DNA of 64,000 bases from positions 5,949 through 69,948 of the forward strand of contig JAYGEG010000152.1 of assembly GCA_046582495.1 (NCBI GenBank), in the 5' to 3' direction. Of this stretch, positions 9,444-20,342 are shown piece after piece (the stretch's first letter is position 1; each line of letters opens with the position of its first letter). The translations under genes and the position numbers were made by a program. The notes below the pieces were generated by a model. That model was not told where the DNA came from. It saw only the letters and a list, made by a program, of their open reading frames with translations, and made no database searches. The DNA is from Rhodospirillales bacterium. GTDB lineage: Bacteria; Pseudomonadota; Alphaproteobacteria; Rhodospirillales; UBA2165.

Positions 9444-11345
9444 CTAGCCCTTCTTTACAGTCGTTGAATTGGGGAAGTTGTGACTTTTGGCGGCCTTACC
9501 AGATTGCCCCCGCGACGGATCGCGGCGCTGAACCTCCATTAATATATCTTTGGCAATCGGTGCGGCAATTGATGAGCCGCCGCCGCCGTGTTCAACCACG
9601 ACCGAGACTGCATATCGAGGATTTTTAAGCGGTGCATAGCCGACAAATAAAGCGTGATCCCGCTCCCGCCACTCTAGATCTTTATTCTTTTTAACACCGG
9701 TTTCGCGCTCGGCTTTGGTAATGCGGCGCACTTGAACCGTTCCGGTTTTGCCTGCCAATTGAAAATTCGGCTCTTTAATACGCGATCTATAAGCCGTGCC
9801 ATACGGAGAATTAGAAACCGCTCCCATCGCCTTTTTGATCATATTCAAATGAGGCGGATGAATGCCAATTGATTTAAATTCAGGAATTTCTGGAACAACT
9901 GGATCAGCCACATCAAAAGGCACCACCTGCTTGGTTAAATGCGGCTTCACGGCTTTCCCACCATTGGCCAGACGCGCAGTCATGACCGCCAATTGCAAAG
10001 GCGTCGTCAAAATAAATCCCTGCCCGATCCCGGCGAGCAAGGTTTCACCCTGTTGCCAGGAAACTCGTTTGGCCTTTTTCTTCCACGCCCGCGTTGGCAT
10101 GAGCCCTTTTTTTTCTCCTGCCAATTCAATGTCTAAAATCTGCCCCATTCCCAAACGGCGGGCCATCGCCGAAATGCGGTCGATACCTGTTCGTTTGGCA
10201 ATCTCATAAAAATAAACGTCGCAGGATTGGGTAATCGCCGACAGCATATCCATCGAGCCATGACCGCGGCGTTCCCAACAATGGAATGTTGAATCGCCGA
10301 GTTCCAGTTCACCCGTGCAGAAGAATTTGCTGTTAGCTGTTACAACGCCTTTCTCGAGTGCAGCCAAAGCAACCACCATTTTAAAAGTCGAACCCGGCGA
10401 ATATTGGCCGGCAATGGCTTTGTTGTTGAGAGGCGAGCCCGGATTTGAAGCCAGTGCTTTCCACTCGGCCTGAGACAGTCCGCGGTTGAATGCGTTGGGA
10501 TCAAAAGTTGGTGTCGAAGCAAGCGTCAGCACTTCGCCGGTATGAATATCCATGACTACCGCGGACGCAGCCTCGTCGCCTAATCGTTTGGTGACAAACT
10601 TTTGCAGCTCCATATCGATGGTGAGCCACGTCTCCGCTCCCGGCAGACCTTCGCGGCGTTCAAGCTCGCGTATTTGCCTCCCAAAGGCATTGACTTCAAC
10701 TTGGGTTATGCCGCTTTTACCGCGCAGCGCTAGGTCATGAACTTTCTCCATGCCGGCTTTGCCGATCCGGAAACCGGGTAACTCCAACAAAGGATCGCCG
10801 GTTAAATCTTTTTCTGATACGCCTGAGACGTATCCCAATACGGAGGCTGCTTGAGTGCCGTCCGGATAAAACCGGGTTTCACCGACATCAATTGTAATGC
10901 CCGGCATTTCAGCAGCATTCACTTCGATGCGGGCAACATCTTCCCAAACCATATTCTCTCTTATGATAACCGGTAAGAAGCGACGGCGACGTTTGATCTC
11001 GCGTTTGACCCTTTGCACATCATGGCTGCTAATCGGAATTACCTTACCGAGTTGCATTAAGGAAAAATCAACGTCCTTGGTATTTTCCGGGATAAGCAAA
11101 ACGCGATAATTTTGCTGGTTAACGGCCATCGGTCGGCCAAATCGATCGAGAATGCGTCCACGTTTTGGAGCGATGAGTTTCAGGCTGATGCGGTTCTCAT
11201 CGGCAAGCGTTTTGTATTTTTCACCTTCAATAATCTGAAGGTAATACATCCGGCCAACCAGACCCGACAGCAATACAGTCTTGCCGCCAAACAAGACGAT
11301 TGAGCGTCTGGAAAATATTTTATATCTATCACCGTCGCGATGCAT
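9444..11345 (-). CDS. mrdA: penicillin-binding protein 2 (elongation transpeptidase)
   Basis: 633 aa. Transpeptidase motifs SxxK (SPGSTFK) and KTGT (AGKTGTVQ). mre/rodA context. Confidence 0.9.
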   Translation of the reverse strand: MHRDGDRYKIFSRRSIVLFGGKTVLLSGLVGRMYYLQIIEGEKYKTLADENRISLKLIAPKRGRILDRFGRPMAVNQQNYRVLLIPENTKDVDFSLMQLGKVIPISSHDVQRVKREIKRRRRFLPVIIRENMVWEDVARIEVNAAEMPGITIDVGETRFYPDGTQAASVLGYVSGVSEKDLTGDPLLELPGFRIGKAGMEKVHDLALRGKSGITQVEVNAFGRQIRELERREGLPGAETWLTIDMELQKFVTKRLGDEAASAVVMDIHTGEVLTLASTPTFDPNAFNRGLSQAEWKALASNPGSPLNNKAIAGQYSPGSTFKMVVALAALEKGVVTANSKFFCTGELELGDSTFHCWERRGHGSMDMLSAITQSCDVYFYEIAKRTGIDRISAMARRLGMGQILDIELAGEKKGLMPTRAWKKKAKRVSWQQGETLLAGIGQGFILTTPLQLAVMTARLANGGKAVKPHLTKQVVPFDVADPVVPEIPEFKSIGIHPPHLNMIKKAMGAVSNSPYGTAYRSRIKEPNFQLAGKTGTVQVRRITKAERETGVKKNKDLEWRERDHALFVGYAPLKNPRYAVSVVVEHGGGGSSIAAPIAKDILMEVQRRDPSRGQSGKAAKSHNFPNSTTVKKG

Positions 11346-11360
11346 GCCTAAGTCCTGGGC

Positions 11361-11876
11361 CTAATCCTGCTGTAAAAAAGCTTGTTGCCACCGTAAAAAT
11401 ATCCACGCAACAATCGGGAATATTCCTAAAGATAACAAATATTGAAACGTAACGGCATTAATATCCATTAGCGCCAAATTCCAAGCCGATGCCAACAACC
11501 AGCTTTCAACCGAGGCTACCAGCGATATAACGGCGAAACCAAACCAACAAACCGTGAAGGACTTGCCAGCAAAAAACCGGCGCTGAGAAAGAACAATGCC
11601 GTAAACCGTCAAAAATACCAGAATGTACAGACCAACCGGCGTACCCATTAGCAGATCCTGTAGAAGCCCTAATAAAAAAACTGCAAACGGCGGCAGAAGA
11701 TTAGGTCGATAGATTGCCCAATGATAAATTGAAACAAGTGCCAAAATGGGTGCAATCTGTGCATACCCCGGAATGTGAGTGGGGACCACACTCAGGATGA
11801 CGAGAAAAAGGCTCAATCCAAATGGCGTAATTGCCCGGGCCATTTGATCGAGCTTTTGCCAAACGGCGACATTCAT
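11361..11876 (-). CDS. mreD: rod shape-determining protein MreD
   Basis: 171 aa multi-TM protein directly after mreC (4-nt overlap). Confidence 0.75.
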   Translation of the reverse strand: MNVAVWQKLDQMARAITPFGLSLFLVILSVVPTHIPGYAQIAPILALVSIYHWAIYRPNLLPPFAVFLLGLLQDLLMGTPVGLYILVFLTVYGIVLSQRRFFAGKSFTVCWFGFAVISLVASVESWLLASAWNLALMDINAVTFQYLLSLGIFPIVAWIFLRWQQAFLQQD

Positions 11877-12775
11877 TTTTTACGGGTTTTACCGCCTACC
11901 TTGTTCTTTGCAGAGCTTCTCTGCACGCTCATATCAACCAATCCGTTTAATCCGAAATCAGCGATGCGAACATATTCCAGCCTCGAATAATCGGCAAATA
12001 ATTGGACATTGATACCGCCATCCGTCACAGATGCGACCACACCCACCGGCAAACCGGGCGGAAAGGCGCCGCCATGTCCCGAGGTAACGATCCGATCACT
12101 TGGCGTAACGCGCGCACCTGGTGGCAAATGTATAAGCTTGGTACGGCTGGTATTTCCGCCTGCCATAATCGCCCGCGTCCGATTGCTTTCGATCAGCACG
12201 GGAACTCTGGAATTGATATCTGTCAACAAAAGCACGCGAGCTGACCGGTTTGAAACTTGAGACACACGACCGATAATGCCACGGTCACTGACGACCGCCT
12301 GACCTTTGTGCACGCCGTTGTTTAGGCCGGCATTAACAATCAGCATATTCGAGAAGGCACCACCTGAGCCGGCGATCACGCGGGCGGAAACGTATTTGGC
12401 AGATTTGTCATGCACCACGCCAAGGAGTTGTTGGAGCGCTGCGTTTTCTGACTGCAATTTGCGGGCGACAGTCTGCCATTGCATTAGCCGCGCGTTTTGT
12501 TGCTTGAGCTTGGCGTTCTCGTCTCGGATGACGGCCAATTCTTGGAAATTTTGGACTCCCTTGGAAACCGTCGCAATAGGTTTGGATATGGCTTCTAAAA
12601 TAGGTGCAAAAGCATCGGTGACTTCAGCGCGCACGCGATCCACCAGCACAGCATCGACCTTGCCAAGCAGCATCAGACCGAATGCGGCGGCAATCAGTCC
12701 AAGATACATGAAGCGCTGAACCAAGCTTTTCAGTGGCGCTGCAATGCGTAATAGAGCGCTAGCGCGCTGTTCCAA
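11873..12775 (-). CDS. mreC: rod shape-determining protein MreC
   Basis: 300 aa. N-terminal TM, a coiled coil (ENAKLKQQNARLMQWQ) and beta-barrel domains (GIIGRVSQV, SGHGGAFPPGLPVG). Confidence 0.9.
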   Translation of the reverse strand: MEQRASALLRIAAPLKSLVQRFMYLGLIAAAFGLMLLGKVDAVLVDRVRAEVTDAFAPILEAISKPIATVSKGVQNFQELAVIRDENAKLKQQNARLMQWQTVARKLQSENAALQQLLGVVHDKSAKYVSARVIAGSGGAFSNMLIVNAGLNNGVHKGQAVVSDRGIIGRVSQVSNRSARVLLLTDINSRVPVLIESNRTRAIMAGGNTSRTKLIHLPPGARVTPSDRIVTSGHGGAFPPGLPVGVVASVTDGGINVQLFADYSRLEYVRIADFGLNGLVDMSVQRSSAKNKVGGKTRKK

Positions 12776-12889
12776 AATCCGTCTCCGTTTTGTCTAACGG
12801 CCTGATATCACTGCCATAATATATGGCATCGGAGTCGATGTTTTCAATACTACCGGGGTTTTTCCCAGTATTATATTTCACAGCCCATA

Positions 12890-13954
<1,065 letters not shown>

Positions 13955-14118
13955 CTAATAAGAATCGATTAACATCCATCATGGAAGCTAATTCTTAACA
14001 ATCTCTATCCGATTCGCGCCAAACAATCAAAGAGATACATACATTATTTGCAAAAAACCGGCGCAGCATAGGCGACTACCCCGGCTTTTTACCTTCTAAA
14101 ACGAAATATTGGCTAAAA

Positions 14119-15672
14119 TTAGGCAGACAACGCGCTTGGTGCTGTTTTTTCGCGTTTGACCAACAGCTTGTTCAAGGCGTTGATATAGGCCTTGGCGGAG
14201 GCCACCATGGTATCGGTATCGGTGCCCTGACCGTTGACGGTTTTGCCGTCTTCTTCCAGGCGGACGGTAACTTCCGCCTGCGCATCCGTTCCTTGGGTCA
14301 CCGCATGAACCTGATATAATTGCAGATGCGGCTCAATACCGGTCAGTTCCTTGATACCTTTGAAGATCGCATCGACGGGACCGTCACCTGTCATTTCGGC
14401 AGATTTGGACTCGCCATCCACGTCCAAAGTCATGGTAGCTTTGGGCGGCTGATGTTCGGTGCCGCACAATACTTCCAGCTTTTCCAAATTGATCCGGTCG
14501 TTGGTGCGCACAAAAGCGTCATCGACAATGGCGACAATGTCTTCGTCATAGACATCTTTTTTAACGTCCGCCAAATCTTTGAAACGTTTAAAAGCATCTT
14601 GGACAGCGTTGTCGCCTAAATCATAACCCAACTCGATCAGCTTTTCGCGGAAGGCATGACGGCCCGAATGTTTCCCCATGACCAATTTACTTTCGGTCAG
14701 ACCAACCGATTCCGGTGTCATGATTTCGTAAGTTTGCGCGTTTTTCAACATGCCGTCCTGGTGAATACCAGATTCATGCGCAAAAGCATTTGCGCCGACG
14801 ATTGCCTTGTTTGGCTGCACGGTGAACCCTGTGACGGTCGAGACCAATCGCGATGCTTTGGTGATCAGCTCGGATTTTACGCGCGTTGTAAAAGGTAAGT
14901 GATCTGGACGGGTACGCAGCCCCATGATGATCTCTTCCATCGCCGCATTACCAGCGCGCTCGCCTAAGCCGTTAATTGTGCATTCAACCTGTCGGGCACC
15001 AACTTGAACGGCAGCCAAAGAGTTGGCGACCGCCATGCCCAGATCATTATGGCAATGCACCGAGATAATCGCTTTGTCGATATTCGGCACACGGTTCATC
15101 ACCATTTCGATCATTGCGGCATATTCCATAGGCATTGCATAGCCGACGGTATCGGGGATATTGATGGTTGTTGCCCCGGCATCAATCGCAGACTCAATCG
15201 TCTGGCACATGAAGTCATGCTCGGTTCTGGAGCCATCTTCGCAGGACCATTCGACGTCATCGGTGAAATTGCGCGCATGAGTGACGCTATCAATCACCGC
15301 CTGATGTACCTCTTCCGGTTCCATCTGCAATTTGAATTTCATATGCAGAGGCGACGTTGAGATAAAAGTGTGAATGCGACCGCGTTCGGCAGGCTTAATC
15401 GCCTCAGCGCAGCGGTCGATATCGCCTTTGCTCGATCGGGCTAAACCACAGATGATCGAGCCTTTCACCAGCTTGGCGATTTCATGGACAGCTTCAAAAT
15501 CACCATTTGAGGCGATTGGGAAGCCGGCTTCGATAACATCGACATCCATATCTTCCAGAACTTCGGCAATCCGAATTTTCTCGGACAGGTTCATGGACGC
15601 GCCCGGCGATTGCTCGCCATCACGCAAGGTGGTATCGAAAATTATAATTTCATTTGATGTGTTGGTAGTCAT
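14119..15672 (-). CDS. leuA: 2-isopropylmalate synthase
   Basis: 517 aa. LeuA blocks (DTTLRDGEQSPG, HCHNDLGMAVANSLAA, HESGIHQDG) plus the C-terminal LeuA allosteric domain. Confidence 0.95.
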   Translation of the reverse strand: MTTNTSNEIIIFDTTLRDGEQSPGASMNLSEKIRIAEVLEDMDVDVIEAGFPIASNGDFEAVHEIAKLVKGSIICGLARSSKGDIDRCAEAIKPAERGRIHTFISTSPLHMKFKLQMEPEEVHQAVIDSVTHARNFTDDVEWSCEDGSRTEHDFMCQTIESAIDAGATTINIPDTVGYAMPMEYAAMIEMVMNRVPNIDKAIISVHCHNDLGMAVANSLAAVQVGARQVECTINGLGERAGNAAMEEIIMGLRTRPDHLPFTTRVKSELITKASRLVSTVTGFTVQPNKAIVGANAFAHESGIHQDGMLKNAQTYEIMTPESVGLTESKLVMGKHSGRHAFREKLIELGYDLGDNAVQDAFKRFKDLADVKKDVYDEDIVAIVDDAFVRTNDRINLEKLEVLCGTEHQPPKATMTLDVDGESKSAEMTGDGPVDAIFKGIKELTGIEPHLQLYQVHAVTQGTDAQAEVTVRLEEDGKTVNGQGTDTDTMVASAKAYINALNKLLVKREKTAPSALSA

Positions 15673-16049
15673 TTTACTGGACCTTTCTAAATAGCGTTTA
15701 CGGTTCTAAGACGATTTATTCCCCTGAACACATGCCGCATATTTAGCGTGCGCGATCAGGGGCGCCTAAGTCGTAGGGCCAGTCCGAGTAGAATATTCTG
15801 AGTTGGCAATTCCGCACGCGCAAATGTCGCTGCCGAGAACTTACTCTCAACACCGCTTAATCGTGCATTTCTGATTTTCTGTTCAACAAACATAAAAACC
15901 GTTCCAAACGAATTACCAATAAGGGCGTATTAAGGCGTTTTGGTGCTCTAAGTCAATAGGATAGTGGGGTGGGGGTGAAAATGCACCACCGTCGTTCTGG
16001 CGTAGGCCAGAATCCAAAAAAATCTAAGTTGATACTCGGTTCTAAGATT

Positions 16050-16077
16050 CTGGACCCTGGTTCAAGTCCAGGGTGAC
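16050..16077. repeat. short palindromic (REP-like) element ctggaccctggttcaagtccagggtgac
   Basis: Inverted repeat CCCTGG/CCAGGG around a ttcaagt loop. A near-identical copy lies at 54693..54720. A second hairpin (ttctggc-gtag-gccagaa) sits at 15995..16012. Confidence 0.7.
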
Positions 16078-16137
16078 GAGAGTGTTACGGCATTTCACAC
16101 GTTACCTCCCTCTCCCACAACGGCAGAAGGAATGTGC

Positions 16138-18450
16138 CTATCCCCGCCGATGGCTATCCGGCCGGGCGGCTTTTTTGGGCTCGAGTTTATCGGCGCGGTC
16201 GCGCAGCCCGAGACGCAGGGATTGTTCCTGGCCACTGTCGTATTGAACCGGCCAGCGTTGAGCTTCATGGTTATAAAAAGCCGCTGCCTGAAGCGTGAAA
16301 TGTGGATTGGTCAGATGCGGCCTTGCGAGCGCCACGATATCGGCCCGGCCCGCGGCGATGATCGTATTGACTTGATCCCAGCTTGTTATGTTGCCGACAG
16401 CGATTGTCGGGATTTTAGCCTCAAGGCGGACTTGCTCGGAAAACCAGGTTTGGAACATGCGACCATAGATCGGCTCAGCATCGGGTGTGGTTTGACCCGC
16501 CGAGACATCGATAAGATCGCAGCCGCGGCTTTTGAACATCTTTGCGATCTCAACTGTCTCGTTACCCTCAATGCCCGCCTCGCCAATCCAGTCGGTTGCC
16601 GACAGTCTAACCGACATCGGCTTTTTGTCCGGCCAGGCCGCGCGCACAGCTTCAAAGACCTCCAGCGGAAAGCGCAGGCGATTTTCGAGAGAACCGCCAT
16701 ATTCATCGTCTCGTTGATTGCTCACCGGGGTGATGAAGCTAGACAGCAAATAGCCATGCGCCATGTGAAGTTCGATCATGTCAGCGCCGGTTTCAATCGC
16801 GCGTTGGGTCGCTCGAACAAAGTCCGCTTTCACCTGATCCATGTCGTTACGGGTCATTTCCCGCGGTGTTTGGCTTTCCGGATAAAACGGAAGTGCAGAG
16901 GGTGCGATCAATGGCCAGTTGCCCTCCTCTAAGGGTTTGTCCATGCCTTCCCAGGCAACACGGGTCGAACCTTTCCGGCCAGCGTGTCCAATTTGCAGGC
17001 AGAACTTGGCGTCGGAATTCTCCTGCACAAAGTCGATGCATTTTTTCCACGCAGCGATGTGGTCGTCGTGGTAAAGTCCGGCGCAGCCCAGCGTGATCCG
17101 GCCTTCTTCAGAGACACAAGTCATCTCCGCAAAAATTAGTCCCGCCCCACCGAAGGCCAAACTGCCAAAATGGACAAAGTGAAAATCCCCAACCGCGCCA
17201 TCGACCGCGGAATACATATCCATCGGCGAGACCATCACGCGATTAACCAGCCGCATGTCACGCAATTGCAATGGCATAAACATAGGCGCCGTACCTGCGG
17301 GTGGCTGTTCCGTCTGCTGTCCACTGAACCACGCCTCAACCTGATCAATAAAGGCAGGATCACGGAGGCGTAAATTCTCGTGGGTGACTTGTTTGGACCT
17401 TGTCAGCATTGAATAGGTCGCCTGAATGGGATCCATATCCCAATAACGTTTGACGTTTTCGGTCCAGACGACACTGACATTGGCGGCATGTTGGATAATC
17501 TCGGTTTCGGTGCGCCGCGCCTCGGTAAAAGCCGGCAATGCTTTCTCAACAGCGTTCTCGGATTTAAACGCTTCGAACAATGCAATGGCATCTTCCATCG
17601 CGAGCTTGGTGCCAGAGCCGATCGAGTAATGCGCGGTATGAAGCGCATCGCCCATCAGCACGACATTCTCGTAATACCAATTTTTGTTTCGAATGGTTGG
17701 AAAAGTGCGCCAGACGGATTTATTGGCGACCAATGTGTGGCCTTTCAGTTTATCCGCCCACAGATTTTCCATATAGGCGATGAGCCCGGCCTCATCCAAA
17801 TCTTCGACATCGGCGGCGGCATTTTTCCAGGTGTCTTCCGGCGCTTCAATAATCCAAGTCGAGAGCTCCTCATTATATTGATAGGCGCCGAGCACCCAAA
17901 TGCCGTGCTCGTTGGTGTTGAAATCGAAGGTAAACGCGTCATAGGGTTTAGTGCTGCCGAACCAGACGAATTTATTGCGGCGGTACTCAATGTCGGGCTG
18001 GAAATGTTCTTTGTGAGTTTCCCGGACAATAGAGTTGATGCCGTCCGCCCCAACGATGAGATCAGCGCCGTCGAACTGCGTCAAATCCGTAATGTCGGCT
18101 TCGAAATTTATGCCAACGCCCAACTCGCGGCAGCGTTGCTGAAGCAAGAGCAAAAGCTCCCTGCGCCCACAGCCGCAGAAACCGTGGCCTGTCGTGCGAA
18201 TGGTGCCGCCCGGATAGACAAAGTCGATCTCATCCCAATACGCAAAAGCTTCGGTAATCGAAATGTAGGACTCAGGATCATAGGATAGAAAATTGCCGAG
18301 GGTTTCGTCTGAGAACACAACACCAAATCCAAAGGTATCGTCTGCACGGTTGCGCTCATGCACCGTCACATCGTAGCTCGGCCAAGCCTTTTTCATCAAA
18401 ATAGCGAAATATAATCCGCCCGGCCCACCGCCCACAATATCGATCTTCAT
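16138..18450 (-). CDS. bifunctional FAD-dependent aromatic (aryl-CoA) hydroxylase / Old-Yellow-Enzyme-type oxidoreductase fusion
   Basis: 770 aa. The N-terminal half is a group-A flavin monooxygenase (MKIDIVGGGPGGLYFA, GADGINSIVR, GDALHTAHYSIGSGTKLAMEDA). The C-terminal half is an OYE TIM barrel (VSPMDMYS, QIGHAGRKGS, HMAHGYLLSSF). This is the architecture of salicylyl-CoA 5-hydroxylase and 2-aminobenzoyl-CoA monooxygenase/reductase. Confidence 0.8.
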   Translation of the reverse strand: MKIDIVGGGPGGLYFAILMKKAWPSYDVTVHERNRADDTFGFGVVFSDETLGNFLSYDPESYISITEAFAYWDEIDFVYPGGTIRTTGHGFCGCGRRELLLLLQQRCRELGVGINFEADITDLTQFDGADLIVGADGINSIVRETHKEHFQPDIEYRRNKFVWFGSTKPYDAFTFDFNTNEHGIWVLGAYQYNEELSTWIIEAPEDTWKNAAADVEDLDEAGLIAYMENLWADKLKGHTLVANKSVWRTFPTIRNKNWYYENVVLMGDALHTAHYSIGSGTKLAMEDAIALFEAFKSENAVEKALPAFTEARRTETEIIQHAANVSVVWTENVKRYWDMDPIQATYSMLTRSKQVTHENLRLRDPAFIDQVEAWFSGQQTEQPPAGTAPMFMPLQLRDMRLVNRVMVSPMDMYSAVDGAVGDFHFVHFGSLAFGGAGLIFAEMTCVSEEGRITLGCAGLYHDDHIAAWKKCIDFVQENSDAKFCLQIGHAGRKGSTRVAWEGMDKPLEEGNWPLIAPSALPFYPESQTPREMTRNDMDQVKADFVRATQRAIETGADMIELHMAHGYLLSSFITPVSNQRDDEYGGSLENRLRFPLEVFEAVRAAWPDKKPMSVRLSATDWIGEAGIEGNETVEIAKMFKSRGCDLIDVSAGQTTPDAEPIYGRMFQTWFSEQVRLEAKIPTIAVGNITSWDQVNTIIAAGRADIVALARPHLTNPHFTLQAAAFYNHEAQRWPVQYDSGQEQSLRLGLRDRADKLEPKKAARPDSHRRG

Positions 18451-18471
18451 GCTTATACCTTAATTTTAATT

Positions 18472-18489
18472 TATCTTATATATAAGATA
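18472..18489. promoter_or_regulatory. 18-bp perfect palindrome TATCTTATATATAAGATA, candidate MarR operator
   Basis: Perfect dyad in the 74-bp AT-rich divergent spacer between the hydroxylase fusion (start 18450) and marR (start 18525). Confidence 0.4.
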
Positions 18490-18524
18490 TTTACATATTA
18501 GAATTCAAGTCGTAAGATTGATAA

Positions 18525-19007
18525 ATGGAAAAGAAAATAGAAACGCAAAACTCATCTTTGCACCTTTGGCTACAGCTTATTAAATGCACCAAGACGATTG
18601 TAGCGCATGTTGATGGACAGTTGCGCCGAAATCATAATTTAAGCTTGGTCCGATTTGATGTTTTGTCGCAGCTCTACCGTTTTGAGGATAAATGGCTCAC
18701 AATAGGAGAACTGGCAAATCTATTGATGGCTTCCGGCGGCAATATTACCGGCCTATTGGACCGCATGGAAAACGACAAACAATTGAAACGCCGCGCCAGC
18801 CCAACGGATCGCCGCAGCTTTCAGGTAAAACTGACTAAACACGGTCGTGGATTATTTGAAATTATTGCTAAAGATCATGAAAGCTGGGTGTCTGACATGA
18901 TGGCGGATTTACCTGAGCAAGGTAAAAAGCATTTAGTAAAACAATTGATAGAAGTGCGTCGCGAGTTTGAAAAAACGACGATCAAAAATAATAAATCGGC
19001 TGCATAA
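18525..19007 (+). CDS. MarR-family transcriptional regulator
   Basis: 160 aa. The winged-helix core (LSLVRFDVLSQL...LTIGELANLL...GNITGLLDRMENDKQLKRRASPTDRRS) is typical of MarR. Confidence 0.8.
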   Translation: MEKKIETQNSSLHLWLQLIKCTKTIVAHVDGQLRRNHNLSLVRFDVLSQLYRFEDKWLTIGELANLLMASGGNITGLLDRMENDKQLKRRASPTDRRSFQVKLTKHGRGLFEIIAKDHESWVSDMMADLPEQGKKHLVKQLIEVRREFEKTTIKNNKSAA

Positions 19008-19040
19008 TATAAAAAAGCCGAGATATCAGGAGAGCCTAAC

Positions 19041-20339
19041 ATGACGGATTTATTGCCCCTACCCGCGTCCCGCGACGAAGTGCGGAAAATCCAAAGCGAG
19101 CGCAAAAAAATCGCCTTTGTGCGCGCCAAAACCGCCAAATGGTATCACGGCAAACTCGATCATATCGACGGCAATAAATTGGACGACCCGGAAGTCTGGG
19201 GCCAAATTCCCATCGTCACCAAAGAAATCCTGCGCAAATTCGACCACGCTGAATTCATGGAGAACTTTAACGTCGCGCCGCCGGAAGATATTGCGGAATA
19301 TTGGCGCTCCGGCGGCTCGACCGGAAAGCCCGTCTTTTATCCCCGTACCTTCGAAGATGTGAAATACGGCCTCGAAAGCTGGGCGCGCACTTATCCCGCC
19401 ATGGGCATTAAGCCGGGTGATCTTTGCCACATCTCGTTTCCCATCGGCATTCATCCAGCCGGTCAAATTTGGGCGAGAAGCGCGCATCAAATGGGCGTCG
19501 GCATGAACTGGGTCGGCGCTGGCAACGCGGTTCCAACCGAGGCGCAGATTGATCTCATATTAGCGCTGAAACCAACGGTTCTGATCTCGATGCCGGGCTT
19601 TGCGCTTAATCTCGTCAACATCGCCGACACTAAAGGCATCGATCTTTCGACAAGCTCTGTGCGGATTGTCATTTGTTCAGCGGAAACTTTGTCCGATGCC
19701 AAACGCGAAAAACTCAGCCGCCGCTGGGGCGCTGAAGTTTTTGATGTTTTTGGCATGAGCGAGGCCGGCCTGATGGGCGGCGAGAGCAGCGCCCATGATG
19801 GCATCCACATTTGGGATGATATGTATTACTGCGAGGTCGTCGATGAAGAAACCGGCGAGATTTTGCCGTACGGCGAAACCGGCACGTTTTGCGTGACACC
19901 GCTTTTCACCAACAATGCGACGCCTTTCCTGCGCTGGAATTCCGGCGACATCGTTCAGATCATTGAACATGGTGCCAGCAAATCCAAAGAAGCCGAGCTG
20001 TTCACCATGATTAAACATGCAGCCCGCACAACCGGCTTTTTCAAAATTAAGGGCGTCAACGTCAACCACACTGAATTCGAAGATTTCATGTTTCGCAATG
20101 AAGACATTAATGATTTTCAAGCCATCCTAAGCATCGGCGATGATGACCTTGAAAAAATGCGCGTATTGATCGAGGTCAAACGCGGCTCCGATGAAAAGGC
20201 CGTACAGGAAACGGTGACAACTGAAATTAAGCGCGTCTTTGAAGTCACGGCCAATGTCGAGGTGCAGGAGATCGGAACTCTCGCCACAGCCTTTGCCGCC
20301 AGCATTAAAGCACCGCGTTTTGTCGATGAAAGAAGTTGA
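19041..20339 (+). CDS. phenylacetate-CoA ligase (PaaK)-family aryl-CoA ligase
   Basis: 432 aa. Short adenylate-forming enzyme with P-loop-like SGGSTGKP and PaaK-family layout. Lies 33 nt after marR. Confidence 0.75.
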   Translation: MTDLLPLPASRDEVRKIQSERKKIAFVRAKTAKWYHGKLDHIDGNKLDDPEVWGQIPIVTKEILRKFDHAEFMENFNVAPPEDIAEYWRSGGSTGKPVFYPRTFEDVKYGLESWARTYPAMGIKPGDLCHISFPIGIHPAGQIWARSAHQMGVGMNWVGAGNAVPTEAQIDLILALKPTVLISMPGFALNLVNIADTKGIDLSTSSVRIVICSAETLSDAKREKLSRRWGAEVFDVFGMSEAGLMGGESSAHDGIHIWDDMYYCEVVDEETGEILPYGETGTFCVTPLFTNNATPFLRWNSGDIVQIIEHGASKSKEAELFTMIKHAARTTGFFKIKGVNVNHTEFEDFMFRNEDINDFQAILSIGDDDLEKMRVLIEVKRGSDEKAVQETVTTEIKRVFEVTANVEVQEIGTLATAFAASIKAPRFVDERS

Positions 20340-20342
20340 GCT

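Noticed and set aside
16040-16085. Possible tRNA or tmRNA fragment, suggested by the GGTTCAAGTCC T-loop-like core.
   Set aside because: No acceptor stem, D-arm or anticodon arm can be drawn around it. The same palindrome recurs at 54693..54720 as a generic repeat.
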